Shown piece after piece: positions 25,326 to 37,891 of a stretch of 64,000 bases of DNA (position 1 is its first letter; each line of letters starts with the position of its first letter). The DNA is taken from positions 350,719 through 414,718 of the forward strand of contig JAANOX010000099.1 of the NCBI GenBank assembly GCA_020184695.1. Direction: 5' to 3'. The DNA is from Histomonas meleagridis 2922-C6/04-290x (lineage: Eukaryota; Protista; Parabasalia). Position numbers and translations under genes: made by a program. The notes beneath the pieces are model-generated. The model was not told the DNA's origin, did not search any database, and saw only the letters and a program-made list of their open reading frames with translations.

Positions 25326-26704
25326 TTTTTTTCTTCAACAGTTGGATCACTCGCCGATCTTAACTAACTGAATCGCATCGAAAATTTTTTTCAGATAAAC
25401 CACAGAATGTTAGCAGCAATGTTGTTGTGTAAGTAACGGCCACGGATTTTGCGACGTCGCTCTGAACCAAATCTTTACAATAAATCATTAAGCCTATATT
25501 CAAACATTGTACTCAGATTTGCTTTATTGATGGGAAAGGATTTTAAACACTTTATTTTATTTACAAAATATTATTAATAAACTAAAATAAGTTCATTCTC
25601 ATTTTTTTAACTTTTACTGCTGAATTTGGTGTACCTGTCTTTCTCTAACATTTTATTTGCATTTGACACAATGTTTTTTGTCGCTGCCATTTTTTTTCTC
25701 TCCAAAATTTCGTAATTGTTGTTAAGTCTTCAAAAAAGTCATGATTTCACTCAACTTTAACATAAAAATTATATTTTTTGCCATACTTTTCGGAGGTGAA
25801 TATGATGACTAGTCACAATCAATAGTAATGTTTAGCAATTATAAAATTTTCTATGATAAAAAAAAAAAATACCTTATGAAGTACCGACACAATGTTCCAT
25901 TTTTTTGGAATATTTTCAATTTATTCAATGTATAATATTTATATTTAGAATATCTTTTAAAAGCTGATGGACAAGTTTTAGCTATTTTTCTAAATAGTTC
26001 TCTATGCATATCATAGGTGTGGTAAAAATAAAAAATTCTTGATGAAAATTATCAAACCTCTACTATATATAGAGGAACACTCTTATATAGCTATGAACAA
26101 AAATTTGACCATTGGAAGCTAAAAATTTTCCACTTTTTAACTAAAAAAAATATTTGATCGTCTTTTTGGCTTTAAACCTGTTCGTTGATGGCACTGTAAG
26201 ATTTCTTTTGTACGTATCGGAGAAAACTCATTTATTTTTTTAATTATTCTTATAACTCAACAAAAATATTGAATCGAATTTATTCACATATATTAAAATG
26301 TTCAACACATATTCTATATATAAATATTATAATAATATCTAAATAATATCTTTAAAAGGAAAGATATTTTCATTTTGTCAAAAAATGTAAAAAATAAACG
26401 TACTTGTCGCCCTTTCTGTCAATTTACATAACAAAAATAATCAACAAATTCGTTATAATATCTCAATATTGTCCATCAGAATTTCCTTGAGACTTGGGGT
26501 AATCAATTTACAGTATAGCCCATGTAGTCAAAAAAGTATTGACTCCCGGTATTTGAAGTTTCTCCACTTATGTTTTATTCGTACCAATCGTTCAAAGAAA
26601 GCCTGATAACTGCCGAAACACTTTTGAACAACATTCAATTCAGAACAGTTGCTATGAAAATTTGATCGCTCATTCAAAAATGATTTAGTTTAAAAGTTGC
26701 TTCA

Positions 26705-28768
26705 ATGGTTTTTATGATCTATTTCCTTGTTCATGCACTCTCAGAACCACTTACATTTACATCTAGGGCAACTTGTAATTCATCATATGCATATAAAAGA
26801 GGAGGAACATATCTTTCTTGGACGAATCTATCAGAGAGTAATGTGTATTATAAAATTTTTCAAAGCAAAGGTAATCTCAATGGTGAATTGACCAATTGGG
26901 GACAAATTAGCACATATATAAAAGGGACTTTTATAAATGTTCTAAATGTTTACCCAAGTCAAATTGATGGTTACAATGGTCAAACAAATTTGGATAAAGG
27001 CGACTATAACACATCTTTAGTTAATTTCACATTTGGTAATGATTTTACACAGTATTCGTTGCCTTCATCAGCTGCCCTTAAGGCTATATTAGAAGGTGGC
27101 ACTATGTCAACAAAAACCAGCACCACAATCTTCAATCCAAATGGAGTTGATCCAAGAACAGGCGAACAAGTAATATATGTCACACCAATTTCAATAAATA
27201 ATTTTGAATCTAATATTTCAGTAGAACCAAATTTCATATATGACTATGATGTGATTTTCTTTGGTTCAGCGAAGTATAGTTCTGGTTATAATATTCTTAC
27301 AACAACAGCCACAAATGTTATTGCTGAATATATAAAAAAAGGGTATGGTGTATTTACTGGATATGATTCCATTGATGATAATTTTTATATCAAAAGTAAT
27401 GCTCAAAGCCTGCTTGCAATTCGGGATCTTTTTGGAATTAAAGTATCAGGAGCTGATTCAACTGTTAATGGCGGAAAACCATCTTATGTGGGCTATAGTA
27501 CGAACAATGCAAAAGTTATACAAGATGGATTACTTATGAACTACCCTTATAAAATTGGTTCAAAAGTATCAACTATATATTTGAATTCTATATCTGCATC
27601 TGGTGCATCTACAGGAGATGTTTGGGCATCATACGGTAATACAGAAAGAGGTGAATTCGGACTTCTTCATGGTTATTACTTAACAACAAATAATAATACG
27701 GCAGTGATTCAATCAGGTTTAAGTAATTCAAGGCCAATAGAAGGTCAAATTATTGCAAATACAATATTTTATTTAAAGCAAAGGACTTATGATAATTTTA
27801 TTGAGGATCATTCAGCACAAGATTTTGAGCCACCAGTAGTTAATATTTCTTATAATGAAGAAGAATATACAGTTATGATCAAAGGAACTGATGTTGGATC
27901 ATTGTATAAATATAAAATTGAAGCATACTCAAGGAATAATGATGATTTAATCGCTTCAACGGCTGAGGTTGAAGTTGAAGTATCTTCAGGAATCAAAATA
28001 TATAAATATAAAATAACTCCAAATAATAGTTCTACCTCAAGTGAATTATTATCTCAAACAAAAAATAATTTTATCAAATTAATAAAAGAACAAATAAAAA
28101 ACGGAAACTATGTACACGTTGCGGCTGTAGATAATGCAGGAAACATTGGTGAAATAGCAAGTATCAAAATACCAATTCCAGAGCCAACCAAATCATTTAC
28201 TAAATCCAATACTTTTTCTAAATCAAATGCATTTACTGATTCGAATGTTATCACTAAATCAAGTACAACAAATAAATCAAATGCATTTAATCAATATGAC
28301 AACAGTTTATCACATACTTTTGTTTCGATTCATTCTATTTCATTTACTCAAACAATAATTCTTTACTCATATATATCAAAGACTCAAATGAAATATTCCG
28401 GTCTCAGTTACGTTTATGTCGATTCTATATATTATAAATACACTGTTATAATTTATTCCAAATATTTTGTTTTTTATTCTAATTTTTTCACACTTTTTAC
28501 ACAAAATGATGGAGATAATAGCAAAACGAACATTGCTATTGCAATAAGTATTCCAATTGCAGTGATAATAATAATAATTTGTGGTATATTGATAATGTTT
28601 ATTATTATACGTAGACATAAGCAAAATAAATCAAGTAAAGAAAATAGTGAAATTATTGTTCCTACAGCAGGAACATCAGAAAACTTTTCATTAAATGACA
28701 AACCACTGAGTATTGAAGAAGATCCATTTGCTCAAGATTTTATGGAAGATAATTATATATTAATATGA
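26705..28768 (+). CDS. Type I membrane surface protein with an S/T-rich stalk
   Basis: Signal peptide MVFMIYFLVHALS, globular ectodomain, 6-aa repeats F(T/S)xSxx (SFTKSNTFSKSNAFTDS), a TM helix (IAIAISIPIAVIIIIICGILIMFIII) and a cytosolic EEDPFAQDFMED motif. Confidence 0.85.
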   Translation: MVFMIYFLVHALSEPLTFTSRATCNSSYAYKRGGTYLSWTNLSESNVYYKIFQSKGNLNGELTNWGQISTYIKGTFINVLNVYPSQIDGYNGQTNLDKGDYNTSLVNFTFGNDFTQYSLPSSAALKAILEGGTMSTKTSTTIFNPNGVDPRTGEQVIYVTPISINNFESNISVEPNFIYDYDVIFFGSAKYSSGYNILTTTATNVIAEYIKKGYGVFTGYDSIDDNFYIKSNAQSLLAIRDLFGIKVSGADSTVNGGKPSYVGYSTNNAKVIQDGLLMNYPYKIGSKVSTIYLNSISASGASTGDVWASYGNTERGEFGLLHGYYLTTNNNTAVIQSGLSNSRPIEGQIIANTIFYLKQRTYDNFIEDHSAQDFEPPVVNISYNEEEYTVMIKGTDVGSLYKYKIEAYSRNNDDLIASTAEVEVEVSSGIKIYKYKITPNNSSTSSELLSQTKNNFIKLIKEQIKNGNYVHVAAVDNAGNIGEIASIKIPIPEPTKSFTKSNTFSKSNAFTDSNVITKSSTTNKSNAFNQYDNSLSHTFVSIHSISFTQTIILYSYISKTQMKYSGLSYVYVDSIYYKYTVIIYSKYFVFYSNFFTLFTQNDGDNSKTNIAIAISIPIAVIIIIICGILIMFIIIRRHKQNKSSKENSEIIVPTAGTSENFSLNDKPLSIEEDPFAQDFMEDNYILI

Positions 28769-30519
28769 AAATTAGATATTTTTTTTTCATATACGAACAA
28801 GGCTACAGCAGCTCTTAAATACAGCCTTCACAAAAGTGTTTGGCTGTAACATCTGCTCTTGATATACAAAGCAAAAAACTTTTGTTGACTGAAAATGTAG
28901 TGATGGAAGTTGTTGTAATTCTTCGCAAGACGTTTTTTGATTCGATATAAAATTGGGAATATGCCTCTATGTGTAATTTTAATAAATAGAAAATTTATTA
29001 AATATGTAAATGGTTGTGTATTTTCATGTGTGAAATGAAATTATAAACTTTCTATAGGAAATTAATGAATGATCATTTTTTTTTATTATAGAAAATTATA
29101 AACATTCATGTTTAAAGACCATATAATTTTTAAAGGAAATACTCTGATTGGGGCAGCAAAAAAAGTTATCAAATTTGCTCAGCACTTTTCCAAAAAGAAA
29201 ACCTTTTTTTTAATGCCATCGCTATGTGAATTGTTTCAATTCAAACTAAAACAAATTAAAGGAAGAAAACCCATTCCATTACTCGTTCTTCCTGATAATT
29301 CTGTAATGAATTATTTTAGTTTTTTTTTTTTTTAATATTTACCAAAGACTATAGAATGTATAATTAAAATATCAAGTAGATGAGAATTTACCACCCAAAC
29401 CGATTTTTTATTCGATCTAATTTAATATATCATATTTTTTCAAATAATAATAATTGCAGATATGTTTTTTATTAGCCTCGAATGGACATGCTCTAAAATG
29501 GAAAATGAATATAATAAATGATAAAAATTTATGTTTTCTTACATATCCTGAAATCGAACAAGTTTCATTTAGCAATTGTTCCAATCTCATCATTTATAGC
29601 GGTTTTCAACCGTCATTTTTATTTGAAAAAAATTGGATTTTCAACTTTTTGAACCAGGTTTTACTTCCTTCGGAAAGGGATCTGAGAAGATTCAGAATAT
29701 TTTCATAAAACGATTTGGGCAAGATGGATGCGTTTCGGTTGAATAATGAAATATTTTTTAATGAAAAACTTCAAGTATATGAGATAAATGATGAGCTGCC
29801 TTTGGGATGGCAGAAAGATAATAAAGTTATTCATTAATGAATTGTAGTATATAAGTTATTTTCGATATGTGAATGCACATTCGGGCATATATTACCTATT
29901 AACATATTTCAAAATTTAAGTATTCCAAATAAAATTAAAGATGTGAATGGATTTCACCATGAGATTCATTCTATGTTTTTATTTATTAATTTTTTACAAG
30001 TAATGCCACTTTTTGAGCAAAGCTCAAAAAGTGTCTCCGCCATCTCTCTTTTCTATTTTTACAAAATTATTATTAAGAAAATAAATTAATTTAATTTTAA
30101 TATTAATTAATAATGTAATTCACATGACAATTTGTATTGACTTCGAGAAAAAGATGATTAAGAAAATATCATATTTTATTGAAAAAACCAATAATATATC
30201 AACTACAGATTACGCACAAAATCAAAAATAACGAGAACAAAATCATGGAAATGATTGAAGTTAATATCTAAAAAATAACTTAGATCAATATCCTATAAGC
30301 AGGAAGAAAAGGCTCGAATTTATAAATAATCAATTTTACTAATTTTCTTTCTCTCTTTAAATTCTGAATATAATATTACAATTTGAATTTAAATAGCTAT
30401 TTTCATAATAAATGTATTTATTAATCTTAAAAAATATTGTTTATTAAAGAAGATATTTTGAGGTTCAATCACTTTTTATTTAAATCGGTTAAACTGATTT
30501 TATAATAAACATAGATCAT

Positions 30520-30680
30520 AACCATAATATCAACTCCTTAATGTTCAAGAAGTAATTTAACTATTTCTAGATTACCATTATTAGATGCTTTCATAAGTGC
30601 TGTGTTGAATGTTTAGAATAATTTTTAAATATAATTCTGAAACATAACATTAATTACCCACTTTCTATCGTGATGTGTGT
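30520..30680 (-). pseudogene. Solo ankyrin repeat remnant
   Basis: FNTALMKASNNGNLEIVKLLLEH*GVDI preceded by a spacer module (ATATTTAAAAATTATTCTAA); contains an in-frame stop. Confidence 0.6.
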
Positions 30681-32243
30681 TTTTAATAAGTCGAGTTTCT
30701 GTGAGAGATAATATAAATAATGTAAGAAGAAATTTTAATCCATATATGAAGATTAAAATCAAAGTTTAATACAATTATTTTGTTCTTAGTTCAAAAAAAT
30801 TATTCATCAATCAACGGGAAAATCATTGGACTTCTATATAATTGATATATCAATTGATTGATATTTATGATAGGAAAGAAATTATTAAATTATTATACCT
30901 AGAATAACCATTATTTATATTATCATAAAAAAATTGATTTGTAGGAAAATTATATAATTTTCAAAGGCATCAAATTTAACAAAGAAAAGAAAATCTTATT
31001 TAAAGGTGCGGCACACTAAATTGAATAAAAAACGATTATTCGATAAATTCATAAACGGTCTCTTCGGAAATTTATTTTTTCTCAAGAAATCTCGTGGAAT
31101 AATGTAATACTTACGATTAAAAATAATCAATATTTCTACCTAATAATGTATCTTTTATTTATTGAAAAATTAAGATTTTTGATAAAATATGACAGATAAT
31201 TAAATTCTATATAAAAATAAAATAAAAAAAATGGTTCTTTTACATTTTTATAAATTTTCCGAAGATATCTTCCCCGGGTCTTGAAAAAGAAGAAATTGAA
31301 AAAGTAGAAGAAAAGGAAAAAAATTAAGAGAAATGATGAATAAATCATCATGAAAGCATAATTCAATTTTGAAATTAATATGAGAAATTCCATGTAATAA
31401 TGTGATAATATATTTTCTGAAATAAATTTAGAATTTAGAAAAAGAAGAGAGAAAAAACAAAAAACGCAAAATACATCAAAAAAATTGAATTCAAAACTAT
31501 TATTTTTTCAATTCAAAATGTATTTATTTTATTTTTTTGTAAAAATGTAATAGAAAGATTTTTTCAATTTATTTCAATATAAATTTTGATTATCTGTCAA
31601 ATTTTATCAAAAATCTTAATATTTCAAGAAATAAATAGTACATCATATGGAAGAAATATTGTTTATTTTTAATCGTAAGTAATGCATTCAACCGCCGAGA
31701 TTTCTTGGAAAAAAATAAATTTTAAGTAGGGCAGTTTATACTGGATCCTGATAAAAGAAGAATAATAAGTTAAGAATAAAATAAAGAGAAGATAAAAAAA
31801 GAAAAAAATTGATAAAAAAAATGAAACAAATCATTATATATAAGAGCTCGCTGATTGACATGATATAGTAAAAAATAACCAGCGCGAAGGATAAGAAGGA
31901 AAAAGTACGTAAGTAAATCATTTAATTCGAAGATGAAACTTTTTCTAATAATAAACTTTTCAATATTGAATGACGATATATGTAAAGAATAAACATCAGA
32001 AAAATAACCGAAATTTTCTAGGAAAAAATGTGAGCCGCTTTGATAGATGAAATTGAATGATAATTTTTGAGAAGAAATTACGGTTAGAGTGTCAACCGAC
32101 TGTTTTGTTCTTATATATTAATACTTATATAAAAATTCATATCACATGTCCATGTAAATAAAAATCAAGTTTCAATAATTGACATCTTTTCTCAATTCCT
32201 TCGGAAAAATAACTCACAAGAATCTAATTATCTTATCGGAAAG

Positions 32244-33771
32244 TTGATAGAAAAAGGTTTAATTAACTCATCGATTACTAAAAATATGAAAAATTTATTT
32301 TTTTCACATTTTAAAGCACATTTCGTTTTAAACTATCGTTATCAATTTTCTGAATATTTCTCCAAAAACCTTGAAAAACTTAAAGCGAATAATTGGGAAC
32401 TTCATCAGAAATATGTTAAAGAAGGAATAAATCAGAATGAAATTGCGAAAATAATTCGGAATGATGAAATAGAAAAACTTCAAGAAGTATCATCACAAAC
32501 AAATTTTGACTTCAATCAAAGAATTAAACCATCACTTTATGAAAGATATTCATTTATTAATCATAAAAATGTTACATTAATTGATTATGCAGCATTTTTT
32601 TCTTCAATTAAATGTTTTAAATATTTACTTATGAATGGTTCGAAAGTAAATAAAACAGGTAAATATGCAATTGCAGGTGGAAATGAAGAAATAATTCATT
32701 TATGTGAACAAAATCATTCAACATTTGAAGGGGCATATGAAACAGCAATAAAATTTCATCGAAATGATATCTTTAAATATTTTTATGATAATAAGTTAAA
32801 AGAAATTAAGAATTTAGAAGAATTAGGAGTAAAATGTGTTTTACATGATAATTATGAACTTTTATCATTTTTACTTAAAGAAGGAATGAAAATAAATGAA
32901 AATATTCTCATTGCTTCAATCATAACAGGGAATTTATATATTACTCAATATTTTCTCGAAAGTAATCATATTCCTATTGATTTTTTGAAAATTTCGGGTT
33001 TTTCTGGAAATGTGGAACTTTATAACAATTGAATTAACAATAGATACATTGATTTTAGCAAGATTGTTTGTTTATTTCATTAGATTTTTATTAAAATATT
33101 TCATCGTTTCATAAAAATTTTTAAATTTTTTTTTAAATATTTTTAGCACTAACAAATGCTTCAAAAAATGGTTATACAGAAATAGTTAAATTTCTTCTTG
33201 AACAAGAAGGAATTGATATTAATGCTAAAGATATTTGTTTGTTTTATTTAAAATTTATTTTAATAATTTTTAGTATTAAAATAATATTTGGAAATTATTT
33301 AAATTATTTGAAACAGCACTTATTGATGCATCTATATATGGTTATTCAGAAATAGTTAAATTACTTCTTGAACAAAAAGGAATTGATATTAATGATAAAG
33401 ATATTTATTTGTTATATTTAATATTTATTTTTATAATTTGATATTTCAAAATAATATTTGGAAATTATTTAAATTATTTTATACAGCACTTATGTTAGCA
33501 TCTTCAAAAGGTCATACAGAAATCGTTAAATTACTTCTTGAACAAGAGAATATTGATATCGATGCTAAAAATATTTTTTTGTTTTATTTAAAATATTTTT
33601 AAAAAATATGAAATTTCATATAAACATTTGGAATTACTTATAAACATATAAAACAGCGCTTATGATAGCATCAGAAAAAAGAAAAATGCAGAAATTATTC
33701 GATTATTTGCAGACAAAATTCAACATCATAAATGTGACGACATAATAAAATTAAAAGATTCACAAGGATAA
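32244..33771 (+). CDS. DUF3447-like/ankyrin gene, copy C (4 spacer-separated units); possibly a pseudogene
   Basis: 262-aa ORF (TLIDYAAFFSSIKCFKYLLMNG, AIAGGNEEIIHLCEQN, AIKFHRND) followed by TAL-position codons at 33143, 33313, 33483 and 33653 (170-nt period). There is a TGA at 33030, a homopolymer shift near 33680 and a degenerate 5' end. Confidence 0.55.
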
Positions 33772-33956
33772 AAGAGGAAATATTTAAATATTGAAATAAA
33801 CATTTCCTAAATTCATTTTGTTTTCATATATTAATGATGAAAAATTCATAACAACAAAAAATTAATTATTATTCATAGTATTATTTATTCTTAAAGTTTA
33901 ATGGAAGTCTATTGAGTACACCTTATTATTTTCAGTCCCATAATACAAAATATTTG
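33360..33956 (+). repeat. Third copy of the ankyrin 3' end plus the convergent BEACH tail
   Basis: Near-identical to about 12140-12700 and its mirror in the right arm. It includes the last ~55 nt of the BEACH CDS (antisense) and has a ~100-nt internal deletion. Confidence 0.88.
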
Positions 33957-34377
33957 CGAGGAATCGTATTCCAGGGCATGACGGTCGTTTCCATTGAATT
34001 ATTATAAATTTATGTTTTCAAATTTTTTGTTTTTTTGGATAAGTAGTGACTCTTTACGCCAAGTGAAATTAAATGAATAAAATTGAATAAAATAAGTGCC
34101 GTTTTGTATCATATAAAATTAAATTAAAAAAATTGAATGGGATCAGAATTGAATAAAAATAATTTAAATCAAAAAATCATCTTGTATGTAAGATTGAAAG
34201 AATTTCATTATTGTACCAATCATAAACATATTATTACTATAAGAAATATTGCTATTATTATATGAACTGGTGAAAATAATTCGGCATTACGATAGATTGA
34301 AAAATGATAAGATAGTATGTAAACTTCTCAAAATTGACAACTGAATTATTGTCGATTTAATTTCGAAAATCTCTTTT

Positions 34378-35623
34378 TTATTCAATTTTTATTAATAAAT
34401 TTTTTAATTTTTTTTCCAATATTTCTGCCTGCTTCTTTCTTACACATGTGTACCACCTATTTTTGCATGAAATCGGATCTCTTTTGTTTATATGTTGGGA
34501 AATCAATTTTTGATGATTTTTGATGTTCAATTTTTGTTACCAAATCATGAAGTAACATGTCCTCTTCTTCTGTCCATCGCGTATAGTCTCTTTTTTTTAG
34601 TGTAGCCTCTTTTAAATCTTTCGCTAATCCTAAGAATCTTAAAATCGACTGCCCCTCCATTTCCAAGCAGAGGCGTAAACGGTCGACGAAACCCGAACAA
34701 AGCTTGTTAATTAATTCCATGTCAAGTTCATTCCAAGTTTTTTCAAGCAGTTTTTTAAGCTCCTCTACAGTGCTCGGCATTTGTTCAGCTACAATACGCT
34801 TCATTATTGCCCATAGTAATTCTATGGGATTTAAGTCGGGGGAGTTGGGTGGCCAATCAGTAATCACATCGAGTCGCTCCTCCAACCAATCAATAGAATC
34901 AACAGATGTGTGGCACCTAGCTCCGTCCTGCATGTACACCCAATCTAATTTTCCATGTAGTTCATTCATCCCATTGATGAAATCAGATTTAATCATATTC
35001 TCTATATATTGCTCAGAGTTCACAGATTTTTGTATTATTACAAGTTTGCTCTTATAGTTACATGAAATTACCCCAAAAATCATAATTGACTGGGGAAATT
35101 TTACATTTCTTGATATTGAATTTGGAGTATAATCTCCTTTGCTTACCCACACCCATCTATTGTCTTTACTTAATACAAATCTACATTCGTCTGAAAAGGC
35201 AATTTTATCCAAAAATTGTGTTTGTGTTAACATTTTTGAGCAAAATTTTTTTCTTGCATTAATCTGTTCTTCGTTTAAAAGCTGTTCTGTTTTAGGAGGT
35301 CGATACTGAAATCTCATTTCGTTTCTAATTTTTGAGACATATTGTGGTGAAATTGATTTATGAAAAATATCTTCTATTTGTTGTGATAATTTAACTGATG
35401 TTAATGATGCGTCTTGAAGTGTTTTAATTTCGATATATTCTTTTATTTGATTATTAATTACTTGAGGCCTTCCACGTTTTGATTGTTTTGGAATTTCATT
35501 CGTTGAGGTAAACTGTCGAATTGTATCACCAACTCGATGAGTTCCAACATGCAGTATGTCTGCTATTTGTTTTTGGCTGAATCCTTGTTTGTAAAGGTTG
35601 ATTATGTTCTCAGCCTTGTTCAT
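34378..35623 (-). mobile_element. Tc1/IS630-type DD34E transposase with a C-terminal Myb-like repeat
   Basis: HTH N-terminus; AFSDE, MQDGARCH and WPPNSPDLNPIE with 34 residues between D2 and E. WTEEEDMLL follows, then one frame over ISQHINKRDPISCKNRWY. TIRs were not located. Confidence 0.88.
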
Positions 35624-35821
35624 CCCTAATAATTAACGGTCTGTATTCAAAAAATTCATTGAGTTTCCTCAATGCCGATTTATTTTCACAAGTTTATATT
35701 ATTACTATTATCTATATTATTACTAACCTTATATGCTATTAACGTTCTGAGTGGTGGTATATATATATATAATTAGAACGTTATTTTAAAATAAAACGAA
35801 ACGATGTTCATTAATTCAAAT

Positions 35822-36268
35822 GAAAAAGTAACCATCCAGAAGAAACTTTAAATGATAACCATTTTGATTTTTCTTATGCTCTATTAAGCATTTCAGACAA
35901 AATAAATCACGAATTAGAAAGTTTAGGACTTACAAATCCATCGCCCAAAAATGACGAATGATATGAAACACCAACTGATTTCATTAACTTTTTAGGTAAC
36001 TTGAAAGGAAGAAACATCACTGAATATAATGAAATAAAGACAACAATAAAAGATGAATCAATTAAAAAGATTTGCCCATTTTCATGTAATGATTCGAATC
36101 TATATTAGAAAAAATGTCAATATATAATATACGAAATTCGTATGCAAGTTTCATGCAAAGAAATTATATGAATGTCCAACGACTTTTACAATTAGAATAC
36201 AAAAAAATATAATATATCGGATTAATAATGAAAGCCTTTATCATTGTCATAGTCTCGAGAATCGATAA
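35822..36268 (+). pseudogene. Degenerate ORF with a WRKY/GCM1-like zinc finger (possible MULE transposase remnant)
   Basis: FVCKFHAKKLYECPTTFTIRIQKNIIYRINNESLYHCHSL has the pattern C-x9-C-x22-H-x-H. Stops and a frameshift lie upstream. Confidence 0.4.
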
Positions 36269-37066
36269 TCTAGTAGAAAGCAAGTTTCCCCTTTTAACTT
36301 CAAATCAAAAAGACAAAATGAATAAAGAAGCAAGATTTGGAATGCCTACGATCTCATTCGCCGTTTTAATGCAACCAATTTTTTGGCTAGTCAATTGTAT
36401 AATATAATTAGACATGATAAAAATAAACAATTTGAAAATGAAATTGAAAACCTTTATCAATATACACAAAAATGTAAGGGATAATATGATATGGTATTAA
36501 TTGATACAGCGCCAACCGAATGCTTTTATTCATTTAAATGTTCTGTTTTAAGTTTGGTATGTCTTTCCTTTCACCGAGCAACAACGAAGTTTTTATGGTA
36601 ATTATTATTAATTATTTATATCAAACACAATTTTCGCCCAATTTTTATCGACACGATTATCAACATCAATTGTTTTTGTTTTCAAACCAACGTTTTTTTA
36701 TCAGAAAAAGTGCGTCTCAAATTTGATAACTGTTTTTTTTCCGACGATAGCCAAAATACTCCAATGGATGGAATTGAAAAAATATATTGACAAATTTTTT
36801 GAGGGTCCCACTTTGTGTACATTTTCGACTAAAAATCTATTTCCTTTGTGGTTAAGATCATTCACTCTTTATATAAAAATTATATAATTTTATAAATTGT
36901 TGCTTGCATCCATAATTGTTATCCAAAACTTGTAAATATTTTTTGAAAAAGAATAACTCGTAAGCGCGAATATACAAAATTAATAGCTTCAGTTTTTTAA
37001 GAACCAACAATTCTCAATATTAAATTACATTAGTCGTTTAAACAATGCTTTATTTACATATTTATT

Positions 37067-37891
37067 TCATTCTTTGCTTTGGAAGAAATCTTCGACTTCA
37101 ACAACGTCATCAAAAGGGTTAAAAATCGAAAGAAACTTCAGCAAATATTTCGTGAATGTATTTTGTGGTTGGTCATCTTCCACCGGAACTTCTGCTGTTT
37201 CTTCGTTGCCTATGTATGGCAAGTCCTCGTTCTCATTGATTGACATATTTTCTTGCGTTGTTTTATCTGATTTCGGAATTAATCTTAAAAATGAAGATGG
37301 ACACATTTGTGCTTGCTTAATCGTTAAAGAGTCATCCAAGTCATCAATGCTCTTTCGTTTATGTGTTAAGAAGATTGAAAATCCTGGTCCGAATTCTGAC
37401 TCGATCCATTCACGTAATTCTTGAAGTCTTGAATTGATTGGAAATTCTTTAGTGACAACACGATTATTAAAGTATACAGCAATTTTAGTTTTTTGATTGG
37501 ATTTTACTTCTTGGTCGGAAATATCTGATTTGATATTATCAGATTGTTCTTCATTTTTATTGAAATAATTATAAAATTCTTGAGCAGATGGATAATTGTC
37601 AGACCAGGAATAGGTAACCCCATTTGAATTTGGACCAAATACAAATAAAGATGGAATATTTGAAACAGGAAAAAGTTGTGAAAATTGTGTTATTTCTGTT
37701 TGGTTTGAAAGTTGTGATATTCTCAAAATGATGAAATTTTCTGAAACAGTAGCATGAACTAAAGGATTATCCCAAAAATAATTCATGATGTTTTGATCAG
37801 TTTCAATAGATACGATTAAAGTCATATAAGGGTGTTGAGATTTTCTGTTAAGCGCCTCTGTGACATTATTGCAAAATGGATCCTGTTGCAT
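37067..37891 (-). CDS. UAS(thioredoxin-like)-UBX domain protein
   Basis: N-terminal SENFIILRI...FPVSNIPSLFVFG. UBX-like region KTKIAV...KEFPINSRLQELREWI...LTIKQAQMCPSSFL. Confidence 0.75.
   Translation of the reverse strand: MQQDPFCNNVTEALNRKSQHPYMTLIVSIETDQNIMNYFWDNPLVHATVSENFIILRISQLSNQTEITQFSQLFPVSNIPSLFVFGPNSNGVTYSWSDNYPSAQEFYNYFNKNEEQSDNIKSDISDQEVKSNQKTKIAVYFNNRVVTKEFPINSRLQELREWIESEFGPGFSIFLTHKRKSIDDLDDSLTIKQAQMCPSSFLRLIPKSDKTTQENMSINENEDLPYIGNEETAEVPVEDDQPQNTFTKYLLKFLSIFNPFDDVVEVEDFFQSKE

Larger units (their letters stand above)
21044..25577. repeat. Right arm of the large inverted duplication
   Basis: Reverse complement of 11519-15380 plus five extra 170-nt ankyrin units. Confidence 0.95.

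Noticed and set aside
28800-32240. Short ORFs (29108, 29454, 31136, 31736) as genes
   Set aside because: They are low-complexity AT-rich frames with no recognisable motifs and at most decayed remnants.
33148-33153. ACTAAC as a spliceosomal branch point
   Set aside because: It lies inside the ankyrin coding segment (A-L-T-N) with no matching 3' AG context.
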